This document shows, in pieces, positions 50,705 to 63,552 of a stretch of DNA of 64,000 nucleotides (its first letter is position 1; each line of letters opens with the position of its first letter). Made by a program: the position numbers and the translations under genes. The notes under the pieces are model-generated. The model had not been told where the DNA came from and did no database searches. It saw only the letters and a program-made list of their open reading frames with translations. The stretch covers positions 235,042,001-235,106,000 of the forward strand of contig OZ024742.1 of NCBI GenBank assembly GCA_964016885.1, read 5' to 3'. This stretch comes from Eledone cirrhosa (lineage: Eukaryota).

Positions 50705-51340
50705 TAAGTATGTATGTATACGTACATACATATATGTATACAGACGTACAGTAGTATGTATATATATATACATACATGCACACATATATATATGCACGTA
50801 TCGGTTTACCGAACATTTATTATAATGCTCGGTTTGTAAACAAACAAACAGCCCGAATTACGCCGTACAGTGTTTAGGCAACCACGTCACCTTTTTGTTC
50901 AACACTGACACAGGAACGATGTACTAGTTTCAAGCTTATTAGCTATCGTCAGCATCGTATACCTTCCTGCCAGATGGTTGAACGTCTGAAAGTATATACT
51001 TTCCTTATGCATATTACTCGATATGCAAATTAGGCTGCTCAGCCGTTAATATGCATAAGGAAAGTATATACTTTCAGACGTTCAACCATCTGGCAGGAAG
51101 GTATACAATGGTGACGATAGCTAATAAGCTTGAAACTAGTACATCTTTCCTGTGTCAGTGTTGAACAAAAAGGTGACGTGGTTGCCTAAACACTGTACGG
51201 CGTAATTCGGGCTGTTTGTTTACAAACAAACAAACCGAGCATTATAATAAAGGTTCGGTAAACCGATACGTGCATATATATATGTGTGCATGTATGTATA
51301 TATATACATACTACTGTACGTATACATACATACATACTTA
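50705..51340. repeat. ~630-bp near-perfect palindrome (arms ~300 bp, spacer ~51017-51046)
   Basis: gcacgtatcggtttaccgaac...ctttccttatgcatatta is inverted as taatatgcataaggaaag...gttcggtaaaccgatacgtgc. The flanking TA-like sequence is also mirrored. Confidence 0.95.
50917..50957 (-). ncRNA. Minimal hammerhead ribozyme motif (mutated mirror at 51106-51146, +)
   Basis: CGATG-CTGACGA-T-AGCT-AATA-AGCT-T-GAA-ACTAGT-A-CATCG, with a 5-bp stem I, palindromic stem III and GUA site. The mirror copy reads GTGACGA. Confidence 0.75.
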
Positions 51341-51487
51341 CATTTAAGTAAGTGCCGTACTAAGAGTGAGAAATGAAATTTTGTTTCATTCTATTCCATA
51401 CATATATATATATATCATCATCATCATCATCATCGTTTAACATCCATCTTCCATGCTTGTGTGTATATATATATATATATATATGGA

Positions 51488-51780
51488 GGGAGATGGCTAA
51501 GTGGTTAGAGCATTGGCCTTGCAATCGAATGGTTGTGAGTTCAATTCTCAGACCGGGTGATGTGTTGTTTCCTTGAGCAAGGCACTTTATTTCACATTGC
51601 TCCAGTTTACTCAGCTGTAGAGATGAGTGGTCGTGGAGGTGCCACGGAAAAAAAGCACCCAGCACTCACTGTAAATGAGGTTGGTGTTAGGAAGGGCATC
51701 CAGCTGTAGAAATCAAGCCAGAATCAGTTCCCGTCCCACCCTTGCAAGCAGGGAAAAGCGGACGTAAAATGATGATGATG
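51488..51780 (+). mobile_element. tRNA-derived SINE family 2 with RTE-derived tail
   Basis: A box tggctaagtgg and B box gagttcaattc, then ccttgagcaaggcactttatttcacattgctcc, then the RTE subfamily B 3' UTR and (TGA)n. Other heads lie near 24185 and 36625 (+) and near 10900, 43410 and 45540 (-). Confidence 0.8.
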
Positions 51781-54458
51781 ATATATATATATATATATAT
51801 ATACACAGGGTTTAACAGGTAAATTGGGACCATTTAGAAAACAATTTTCTGAGATGGTGAAAAAGAAAAATATTTTCAGTTACCTTGTAAAATTAATGGA
51901 GAGGGTTTTTAGAGTGCCTTGTACTTCAGAAAGAAACTAAGATTTGTTGTTGATTATTCCCTATTTAGGGATCATAATGTTCTGTGTGCATCTTTTCCTC
52001 TGTCACTTAGTAATTTTTTTAAAGAAGTTTTTCGAAGGAGATGGCAAATGGACAACCATGTAAGGAGCCATAACATTGATACTCACTTAAATCAGAACAA
52101 GACTTTTTAAAATGTGTATGCTTTTTGTTATTATGGGGGTTGTGGTATTTGATGATAGATGGTATAATCGGTGGAGTGTCAGACAAATGCCTTATTCTAT
52201 TTAGTTGCATAAATTTATGTTTTGAATTCAAATCCTAGGAGGTTTGACTTTGCTTTTTCTCCTTCTGGGAACAATAAAGTAAGTACCAGTCAAGTAATGG
52301 GGCCTATAAAATCAATTTTACAGAATAAGTATAAGTATAGTGTTAGGCAAAATCTGTTGTAGTATTCAGTTGTTTCTACATTCTGTATACAAATCATTCC
52401 ATGGTAGACTTTTCCACCGAGATCAATAAGAAACTGGCTGTGTGCTGATGCTTGCTTCTATCATCTATACGGCAAACTATGACCATGTGTGAATGGGAGA
52501 AATCATTATTTACTAATACAATGGCAGTTGATTGATAGAATCATTAAAGCATTGGATAACATGTTTGTGTTATTAGTTTTGGCTCTCTACGTTGTAAGTT
52601 CAAATACTGCTGATGTCAATTTTGTCTTTCATTCTTCCAGAGTCACTAAGATAAAGTACCAGTCAAATACTGAAATTATTCTAATCAATGTTCCCTTCCT
52701 CCTAAAATGGGTAGCCTTGTGCCTAAATTAGAAACCATTGTTAATTTATGAGAACAAAGCAGGGTTGATAGAAATGCTTCCCGAGATCCGCCAACACTAC
52801 AGCTGATGTTCCCCCTCCATACACATACACACGTGTATACCATGACACTATTCACTTCCCTGACATTTGTGTATTATTCTATGTACTATACATACACCTT
52901 TGACGAGTTGTAGTGCACCTGAGCACTTTACACAATAATTTCATTATTATTATTATTAAATGATAAAACACCAGACTGAATGTTCCTATATGTTGTGTGT
53001 TCAAATCCTGGCAAAGTCTCTAAAATAAGCACTAGTTATATACTGCAGTTGACTCAATTAACTCTATCCATTCTGTATTTTTTGTCATCATAAATTTGTT
53101 TTAAACAAAATGTAGAAAATCATTTAACAAGATCTTTTTCAGAGGGAAGCCTAATAACACAATCAGATGAAGGCAAATGTATTATAATTTTGGAAATATC
53201 TCAGGGATTGTTTTGTTTTGTTTTTTTCTTCAATCTGTGATAGAGCTCCAATGACAGGCTGATACACTGCCAGTCAACCAGCTGAGTGGTCATAGTATCC
53301 TGTCATTGGCATTAATTTAAATGTTTTTGTTTAGCCCCACATCAGGCCTGGTTGAGCAGGCTTGTTGACTTTGCCTTTCATCCTTACGGGGTCGATAAAA
53401 TAAAGTACCAGTAATGCACTGGGTAATTGCTGGCCTTGTGCCTAAAGTAGAAACCCTTATTATCATAGGCATTCTAGCCATGACCATCTTCCTCTTTTTT
53501 AGAGAGGAGACTACATTATCCAGTGTGTTCTTTCTTTTTTTAAGGAGATTTGGCTGCTATTTCTAACAAGTTGACCAACCACGTAGAGGCTCCTTTGTTA
53601 ACTCAACTAGTATGTTGTTCATATCTATCTATGACTTACTAAGGTACTTAACTCTTAGTGGCTGAGTCCATCTAGCTGCATGTAGGTACCACAGTGTGGT
53701 ATCATTCACTGCTGTAAGAAAAACAATAAAATAAAATTTACAGCTCACACCACTGCAGGTTTAGTTGACATGGTTGCAATTTGGGAGAAGAAGGGATTTC
53801 TGGTGTTTTAATCCTATCATGTAAAACAATGTAAAATGAAATGTCTTGCTCGGGAACACAAAGGAATCAAACCCATGACCTTATGATCATAGAACATTTT
53901 GTTAGTTTCCCAGATACTGAGTTCAATTCCTACAATAAGTAAATAATATCAATGCTCTGTCCATGGAGAAATATACCTTTGAAAATCTTTGAATACAATA
54001 CAGAGGATAAGTCTTATGGATACCTATGTATTTCATATTGGAAGAGGTGAACTATATTGTCATTAGTTACAAGTTTCCATTTGGGTCAATCAATCTTTCA
54101 CTGCATTTCTTATGGGAGTGTCTTTCACTGTGTACCGAACAAATATCACAAGGGACTTTGACAAAGCCGTTTTATTTTCCTCGTCAAAACATACACACAC
54201 ACACATGACAGGATTATGTACAGTTTCTGTCTACCAAATTTTACTTACAACTGAAGGCTGTGCTAGAAGATACTTGCCCAATGTTCCACATAGTGGGGAT
54301 GAACACAGAACAACATAGACTTCTTAACCACACAGCCATAGCTGCATGATTCAGAAAATTATCTACTTTATGATGTGAAATGTCAGTTACAAACGTAATG
54401 TGTTTTGCCTTCTTTATTTTCAAGAATTTCATCACTAACTTTAATCTTCCAACTGAAG

Positions 54459-54584
54459 ATTTCTTTGGCTGCTATATAAAATATCATTATTGTTCTTATT
54501 TCTTTGGCTGCTATATAAAATATCATTATTGTTCTTATTTCTTTGGCTGCTATATAAAATATCATTATTGTTCTTATTTCTTTG
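54459..54584. repeat. Perfect 39-bp tandem repeat x3.2
   Basis: Unit atttctttggctgctatataaaatatcattattgttctt. Confidence 0.95.
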
Positions 54585-55130
54585 ATAATTAAAAGTAGTA
54601 GATTGGCTGAATTGTTGCAGCATTGGATGAAATGCCATTGCAGTGTTTGTTCTGGTTCTTTACATTCTAAGTTCAAATCCCACCAAGTTTAACTGTGCCT
54701 TCCATCTTTCTGGGGTCAATATTACTCAACTTTGCCCTCCCCCCAAACTTACTGGTTTTGTGCCTAAATTAAAACAAAAAACCATGGATTGACAGTATTG
54801 GTAGAGCGTTGGGTAAAATGCATTTCAATATTTAATTATGAATTTCTATATTCTGAGTTCAAATCCTACTGAGGTCAGATTTATTTTTCATCCTTCAGAG
54901 ATTGATAAATAAAGTACCTGTGATTTATAAATTATTATTATTGTTGTTATTTTTTCTTTGATAGCTTCATATGAATTTCTACTGCATTGCCTGGTGCACC
55001 TCTGTGTCCCTGGGGTGTGTGCAGCATTCTATGTTTTTGATTTTTGTGGGGGTTGTTAGAATATTAATGCTTCCAGTTAGAATATTAATGCTTCCACTAC
55101 ATTAATCTTGTTTTATTATAGGGTTTAGTT

Positions 55131-55384
55131 CAGGCATGGGCAACCTTTTCCGAGAAGCGGGCCACATGAGATATGGCTCATCAGGGGGGCCGCATGCGCT
55201 AATTTACATTCGTGCCCACATTAAAAAAAGGGCAGTAACTCAGGTTGTTTTCCTTGATCGTAAAAATGATAGAATGATAAATTATGACTGAAAAGTTGGG
55301 GTAAAAAAAATCAAAAAGATTTCACTTAGGTGACTTAGGCGAGCCATTCAGAAAGCTTTGTGGGCTGCAGGTTGCCCATGACTA
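55131..55384. mobile_element. hAT-like MITE
   Basis: TIRs caggcatgggcaacct / aggttgcccatgacta and an 8-bp TSD gtttagtt / gtttagct. Confidence 0.8.
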
Positions 55385-56038
55385 GTTTAGCTTGTTGTTT
55401 CTGGTGTTATCTAAGTGTTTATTCTATGGTGTAGAGTATGTGTAATGTGAGTTGTGTTATTTTGTTGTGTAGTGAATATATTCTGTATGTGTTATATAAT
55501 TAGTGTTGGGTTTGAGGTGTTTGGTTTGTGTAGCATTAATCTGTTACAGTTGTCTAGAATGCCAGTTATGTGAGTTATAAGTGTTCAACCTTGGATATCA
55601 GTTATGTAAGAGAATGTGTTGTGATATTTTGTTGGGTGTTAATCCTATAAAGTGTATGTCATATGATACATTGTAAATGTCATATGATACATTGTAATTG
55701 TCATGGGATTGACTGTCCTGATGAAGCCAGTCAAGTCTGCTTTTGCTGGACACCACCAGAGGGTATTAGCCCTGATGTTTGCAAAGCTACAGCTTCCTAA
55801 ATGTTTACCCTGTAAACATACCGTGTTTCTTTAGAAATACGAAATTTCTATACATATCTGTATACAGCTATGCTTGAAGCTAAATCCTACTTATATATAT
55901 ATATATATTTCATTTATATATATATGTATATATATATTTATTAATAAATATACAAGGTAAACTGTCTCTAATATAGTTTATCTCGTATACATACACATAC
56001 ATATATATATATAAATGAAATATATATATACATATATA

Positions 56039-59000
56039 CTTGTTCTAAATAGAACTACTGTGACAGTAATATATGCATACGCGCCCCAATCCGGACTGCC
56101 TTAGCGCTATAAAAGGCAGATTCTATGAGACACTGATGCTCACTACCTCCCAAATAACCGACAGTGACTATATAATTATTGCTGGCGACCTAAATGGTCA
56201 CGTTGGACAACATTGTGATGGCTATGACGGAATCCACGGAGGCTATGGGTTTGGTACTAGAAATGAGGAAGGCTCCAGAATCCTGGAATTCTGTGATGCA
56301 AATAACCTAACTATCTGTAACACTAACTTCAAAAAACGAGACAATCACTTGATCACCTACAGATCAGGGGAACATACCAGCCAGGTAGATTATATCCTTA
56401 CCAGAAGACGTGACAGAGTGTCTGTTGTAAACACTAAATCCCTCTCCCATGAAGAATGCACCTCCCAACATAGACTGATAATTAGCGACCTCATAGTCAG
56501 GACGAGACGTACTAGACAGCAGAAGAGGACTATCCTCAGGAGAAAAATATGAAAGCTAAAGGACCCCACAGCCAGAAATAAATTTAAAAGCATATTACTT
56601 GATGCTTTCGACAGTAAGGAAGAGCAATTAGAGTCGTAAAGTATAGAGGAACAGTGGAAATTCCTGAAAGCAAACCTGCTGATGGCGGCAGACGAATTCT
56701 GTGGCTAGAGCAGCCCTGTAGGCAGGAGGAGAGTAACATGGTGGTGGAACAGTAAGGTGGAGGAGTCAATTAAGGCCAAAAAGCAGGCTTGGAAAGTATG
56801 GCGGGATGGGGGAAGTAGAGAAGACTATCAAGTGGCCAGGAGGGAATCTAGGAGACAAGTGTACTTCGCAAGAAGGGAAGCAGAGGAAAGAAAGTTCAAG
56901 CATGTTCTACAACGCGAGGACCAAAAACGTGAGGTGTTCAGGATTGCTAGGCAATGTGTCAAGGATATTGTCGGGGAGAAGTGTGTACTTAATGATGATG
57001 GCGTACTTGCCATCACTGACACTGATAAGAAGGTAGCTTGGAAGTGTCACTACGAAAGGCTACTAAATGAGGAGAATAAATGGGAGAAAGACAGTCTCCC
57101 CCACATCGACCCAATAGAGGGACCAGCAGTGTTAGTCGAGGGTAGTATAATAAGTAAGGCAATCAAGGATATGAAGACGGGTAAGGCGGCTGGGCCTTCG
57201 GAAATAGTTGCTGAGATGCTGAAGGCATCTGGCACGGTGGGACACACCATGGTCACCCGGATAGTTAACCAAGTCGTACAGAATGGGGTTGTTCCGAAGG
57301 ACTGGCATAGCAGCATCATCATTAACTGTTACAAGGGTAAAGGAGATGCCCTAGATAGGAGTAACTATAGAGGCATTAAATTAATCGACCAGGTCATGAA
57401 GGTCTCGGAAAAAGTAATAGCGCAACTAATCAGAGAGAGAATTGATCTAGATGAAATGCAGTTCGGGTTTGTGTCAGGCAAAAGTACCACAGACGCTCTT
57501 TTCATTGTACGACAACTACAGGAGAAGTACCTAGCTAAAAGTAAACCCCTATACTTAGCTTTTGTCGACTTGGAGAAAGCCTTCAACAGAGTCCCCCGTT
57601 CCATTATCTGGTGGGCTCTTAGAAAAGTAGGTGTTGATGAATGGCTTGTGAGAGCCATACAAGCCATGTATAAAGAAACAGTCAGCAAGGTTAGAATTAA
57701 CAACGAATATAGTGAAGAGTTTAGCGTAAAAGTTGGTGTTCATCAGCGCTCTGTTCTTAGCCCCCTCCTATTTATTATTGCCCTTCAGGCTATAACAGTG
57801 GAGTTCAAGACTGGCTGCCCATGGGAACTCCTATACGCAGATGATCTAACGCTCATAGCTGAATCAATGACCGAGCTAGAGAAGAAATTCCAAACATGGA
57901 AGCACGGCCTAGAATCAAAAGGCCTTAAAATTAACCTGGCTAAGACTAAAGTTCTAGTTTGTAGGAAAGAAAATAAGGCGGCGGTCCCTTCCGGGAAATG
58001 GCCATGCTCAGTGTGTAGGAAAGGCGTAGGTAGAAACTCCATTTTATGTCCCAAATGCAAAGTATGGGTGCATAAAAGATGTAGTGGGATCACAGGTAAG
58101 CTAACTAAGAACATAGATTTTACATGTGGCTGGTGCTCTGGTGCAATAAGTAGCAGCAAGTGCCCACAAAATACTAGCTCTTTCAATTGCGCAGAGGGTT
58201 CTACAGAAATAGTGGACAGCTTCCGTTACCTGGGTGACAAAATCAGCAGTTGGGGAGGGTGCTCTGAAAGTACAGTAGCTAGAGTCAGAACTGGATGGAA
58301 AAAGTTCAGAGAGCTTATACCACTATTAGCCGCTAAAGGGTTCTCCCTAAAAATGAAAGGCAGGTTGTATGATGCCTGCATACGAACAGCAATGTTGCAT
58401 GGCAGTGAAACCTGGGCATTGTGTGCAGAGGATATACGCAGACTAGAGAGGAACGAAGCTTGCATGCTCCGCTGGATGTGTAATAGTAATATATGAGAAC
58501 TAAGGGAAAAATTAGAAATAAGAGGGATCAGATGTTGTTTACTCGAGAGAAGGCTACGTTGGTATGGTCACGTGATGCGCATGAAAGACGACAGCTGTAT
58601 AAAAAAGTGCAGGGCAATAAAGATAGACGGTAGCCACGGAGTAGGCAGACCCAGAAAAACCTGGGACGACCTGATAAATTCCGACCTCACACACTTACAC
58701 CTCTCCAAGACAATGTCACTGGACCGAGATCTTTGGCGGTACTCAGTAATAGAGAAGACCCGCCTTACCTAAATACAAAGTAAAACCTACTACAGTCAGT
58801 AGGCACCTAACAAAATACACCCCCCACCCCATCCACACCGCCCCTTTCAATGTAAAGTTATGTTGGTGCCACAACATCCAGGCCGAAACAAATGAGATTG
58901 TGTAGGTGTCACGACAAAAAAACACACAGTCCACGCTGTAATGTGGCCGTGTAGGTAACACGGTAAAAACCTTCCAGTCCCACACTGTAAATGTGGTTGG

Positions 59001-59143
59001 TGTTAGGAAGGGCATCCAGCTGTAGAAAACCCGCCAGACAGTCCTATGCGAGCAAGACAACCACTCTTGCCTCAAGTGGGAAAACTCCCGTCCAAACCCA
59101 TGCAAGCGTGGAACATGGACGTTAAACGATGATGATGATGATG
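56039..59143 (+). mobile_element. RTE LINE family A, long 5'-truncated copy (APE + RT)
   Basis: ORFs 56073-56552, 56757-58496 and 58572-58772 contain AGDLNGH, SQVDYIL, FVDLEKAF and YADD. The copy ends in (TGA)n and has several stops. Confidence 0.95.
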
Positions 59144-59151
59144 ATATATGT

Positions 59152-59562
59152 AAATGAAAAAACAATGTTGTCTCTGTGACAAAGCGAGAGTGTATTTGAT
59201 TACATATAAAACTGAGAAAAACTTTTCGATAGAACAGCTGTTAAAACAGCTAAATGCTGTCAAAGACAGCGATGGGCAAAAAAGCCTTAGAGGACAGAGA
59301 CCACTGGCCAGTGATCAACAAAGAGACAATCGACAAGGTGGGTGACAGGCAGATGAAATATAGAAAAGATAGAAAGAGGAGGACATGGAGAAGTGTCTTG
59401 GTGCATAGAAGTGACTGGAAGAAGGAAATAAAGAAAGGTGATGTACAAGACAAGTTATTTAGCTGTTTTATCGGCTGTTGGAGCCATGAGTTTTCTCATT
59501 TTTATGTGTATTCAAATATTCTCTCACTTTGTTTCAATCAGAGGCAACATTGTTTTTCATTT
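59152..59562. mobile_element. MITE-like element with ~100-bp imperfect terminal inverted repeats
   Basis: aaatgaaaaaacaatgttgtctctg...aaaacagctaaat (59152-59255) is inverted at 59457-59562. Confidence 0.7.
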
Positions 59563-59894
59563 TTCCAAGCTTACATGGCTCAGAGGGGGTCATCTGCGTT
59601 GAGAGACAAGTCTGGCCACACTGAACCTTGCTCCAACAGGACTGTAAATTTGACCAGGGTTTTTTTACAGCTGGATGCCCTTCCTAATACCAACTACATA
59701 CATATGCATACATATACATACATACATATATATATACATACCTATATATACATACATACATATATAGTGGAAAATGGACGTTAAATGAAGATGATGATGA
59801 TGATGATGATGATGATATATATATACATGAGTTGTAGTGCACCTGAGCACTGTACACAATAATTTCATTATTATATATATAAATATATATATAT

Positions 59895-62800
59895 ATCATC
59901 ATCATCTTCGTTTAACGTCCATCTTCCACGCTAGCATGGGTTAGACGGGAGTTGTCCCACTTGAGGCAAGATTGGTCAGGTGACCGTGTCTCTCTCATAT
60001 AGGACTGTCTAGTGGGTTTTCTACGGCTGGATGCCCTTCCTAACACCAACCACGTTTACAGTGTATAACTGGGAGGTTTTTACCGCGTTACCTACACGGC
60101 CACATTACAGCGTGGACTGTGTGTTTTTTTCTCGTGACACCTACACGATCTCGATCTCATTATCTCATTTATTTGGACTGGATGTTGTGGTACCAACTTT
60201 ACAGAGAAAGGGTGGTGGGAGTGGGAGTGGGGGTGGGAGGATAGTGGTTGGGGTGTATATTTGGTTAAGAGATGCCTACTGACTGTAGGTTTCGCTTTGT
60301 ATATAGGCAAGGCGGGTCTTCTGTATTACTGTGTAGTGCCAAAGATCTCGGTCCAGCGACATTGTCTTAGAGAGGTGCAAGTGTGTAAGGTCAGAATTTA
60401 TCAGGTCGTCCCAGGTTTTTCTGGGTCTGCCTACTCCATAACTACCATCAATTTTGATCACCCTGCACTTTTTTATACAGCTGTCGTCTTTCATGCGCAT
60501 CACGTGGCCATACCAACGTAGTCTTCTCTCAAGTAAACAGCATCTGATCCCTCTTATTCCTAATTTCTCACTTAGTTCATTTATGCTTTGCCGTTCACAT
60601 ATATTACTATTACACATCCAACGGAGCATGCATGCTTCATTCCTTTCCAGTCTGCGCAGGTCCTCTGCACGTAATGCCTATGTCTCACTGCCATGTAGCA
60701 TTGCTGTTCGTATGCAGGCATCATACAATCTGCCTTTCATTTTTAGAGAGAAATCTTTTGTGGCCAACAGCGGTATAAGCTCTCTGAACTTTTTCAATCC
60801 CGTTCTGACTCTGGCTACTGTACTTTCAGAACACGCTCCACCACTGCTGATTTTGTCACCCAGGTAACGGAAAGTGTCCACTATTTCTATAGAACCATCT
60901 GGGCAATAGAAGGAGCTAGTATCCTGTGGACACTTGCTACTAAGCATCAGCCACATATAAAGTCTACTTTCTTAGATAGTTTACCTGTGATCCCACTACA
61001 TCTTTTATGTACTCATAGTTTGCATTTGGGACATAAAATGGAATTTATGCCTACTCCTTTCCTACACACTGAGCATGACCATTTCCCTGAGGGCACCTGC
61101 ACCCTGTTTTCCTTTCTACAAACTAGAACTTTAGTCTTAGACAAGTTAACTTTAAGGCCTTTTGATTCTAGGCTATGCTTCCTTGTTTGGAATTTCTTCT
61201 CTAGTTCAGCCATAGATTCAGCTATGAGAGTTAGATCATCTGCGTATAGGAGTTCCCATGGGTAGCCGGTCTTAAACTCCTCTGTTATAGCCTGAAGGGC
61301 AATAATAAATAGTAGGGGGCTAGGGACAGAGCCTTGATGAACACCAACTTTTACACTAAATTCTTAACTATATTCATTGTTAATTCTTTAATTCTAACCT
61401 TACTGACTGTTTCTTTATACATGGCTTGTATAGCTCTCACAAGCCATTCATCTACACCTACTTTTCTAAGAGCCCACCAGATAATGGAGCGGGAGACTCT
61501 GTCAAAGGCTTTCTCTAGGTCTACAAAAGCTAAGTAGAGGGGTTTACTTTTAGCTAGGAACTTCTCCTGTAGTTGTCGTACAAGGAAATGAGCGTCTGTG
61601 GTACTTTTACCTGACACAAACCCAAACTGCATTTCATCTAGATTAATTTGCTCTCTGATTAGTTGTGCTATAACTCTTTCTGTGACCTTCATGACCTGGT
61701 CAACTAACTTAATGCCTCTATAGTTTCCCCTATCTAGAGCATCCCCTTTACCCTTGTAGCAGTTAATGATGATGCTGTCTTTTGGTATGACCCCATTCTG
61801 TATTACTTGGTTAACTATATGGGTGACCATAGTATGTCCCACCATTCCAGATGCTTTCAACATCTCAGCAACTATCTCCGAAGGTCCAGCTGCCTTGCCT
61901 GTCTTCATATCTTTGATTGCCTTACTTATTATACTACCTTTAACTTGCACCGCTGGTCCTTCTATTGGATCGATTTGGGGCAGACTATCTTTTTCCCATT
62001 TATTCTCCTCATTTAATAGTCTCTCGTAGTGACACTTCCAGGCTATCTTCTTATCAGTATCAGTGAGCGCAAGTACACCGTTATCATTACGGACACACTT
62101 CTCCCCCAAAATATCACGGTTTTCCTTGACACATTGTCTAGTAATCCTGAACACCTCACATTTTTGGTCCTCACGTTGTAGAACATGCTTGAACTTTCTA
62201 TCCTCTGCTTCCCTTTTTGCAAGGTACACTTGTCTCCTAGCTTCTCTCCTGGCCACTTGATAGTACTCTCTACTTCCCCCATCCTGCCATACTTTCCAAG
62301 CCTGCGTTTTGGCCTTGATTGTCTCCTCCACCTTACTGTTCCACCACCAAGTTATTCTCCTCCTGCCAATAGTCTGCTCCAGCCACAGATTTCATCCGTT
62401 GCTTTCAGCAGGTTCACTTTCAAGAACTCCCACTGTTCCTCTATATTGCACGTCTCTAATTGCTCTTCCTTATTGTCAAATGCATCAAGAAATAAGCTTT
62501 TAAATTTGTCACTGGCTATGGGGTCCTTCAACTTCCACATTCTTCTCCTCAAGGTAGGCCTCCTCTGTCGTCGAGTACGTCTATTCCTAACTATGAGGTC
62601 ACTAACTGCTAGGATATGTTGGGAGGTGTATTCTTCACGGGGGAGGGATTTAGTGTTTACAACAGACGCTTTGTCACATCTTCTAGTAAGGATATAATCT
62701 ATCTGGCTGGCGTGTTCCCCTGATCTATAGGTGATCAAGTGGTTTTCTCGTTTTTTGAAGTTTGTGTTACTGATAGTTAGGTTATTAGCGTCACAGAATT

Positions 62801-63178
62801 CCAGGATTCTGAAGCCCTCCTCATTTCTATTTCCAACCCCATAGCCTCCATGGATTCCACCATAGCCATCACTATGTTGTCCAACATGACCATTTAGATC
62901 GCCAGCAATAATTAAGTAGTCGCTGTCGGTTATTTGGGAGGTAGTGTGCATTAGCGTCTCATAGAATCTGTCATTTATAACGTCAGGTAGACCAGATTGG
63001 GGTGCATAAGCAGATATTATTGTCACAGTAGTTCTATTTAGAACTAGTCTTATTTTAATTATTCTGTCATTCACTCTATTTACGTCAATTACCATATCTA
63101 CCCATTTTTCAGCTAACATAATTCCTACTCCACCCAGTCCGTTGTCATTTCACACCCAGAAAAGTTTATAGCATCGTT
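59895..63178 (-). mobile_element. RTE LINE family A-related, long 5'-truncated copy
   Basis: ORFs 62352-63119 and 61351-62331 plus downstream fragments; (CAT)n tail; convergent with 56039-59143. Confidence 0.95.
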
Positions 63179-63404
63179 TTATATATACATATATATATTT
63201 AGTTATGTAATAAACAACATAAGATAATTATTTCATTTACCAATGGTTTCTTGTAAGCAAACAAAATTTGCTTTCAGTCATCAGAATGAAAAAATCCTGG
63301 TGTATTTATTGACAGTGGATTTTAAAAACAAAAATATAATCTATATGAAAGTGAGGCTGGAAAAGGAAGAAGGAAAGGCAAAAGAATAAATATAAAAGTA
63401 GATA

Positions 63405-63413
63405 AACACACAT

Positions 63414-63486
<73 letters not shown>

Positions 63487-63552
63487 TACACACATACATA
63501 TATATATATATATACATACACACATATATACACATACATATATATATATATA
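63405..63552. repeat. (CA)n/(TA)n microsatellite, representative of dozens in the window
   Basis: Directly visible in the sequence. Confidence 0.95.

Noticed and set aside
51488-51565. tRNA gene
   Set aside because: A and B boxes are present, but I found no convincing acceptor stem and the sequence continues into SINE body, so it is a SINE head.
55712-55795. Hammerhead-like CTGATGA...GCAAAGCTACAG (also TTGATGA near 48260)
   Set aside because: The GAAA and stems are too degenerate to support a call.
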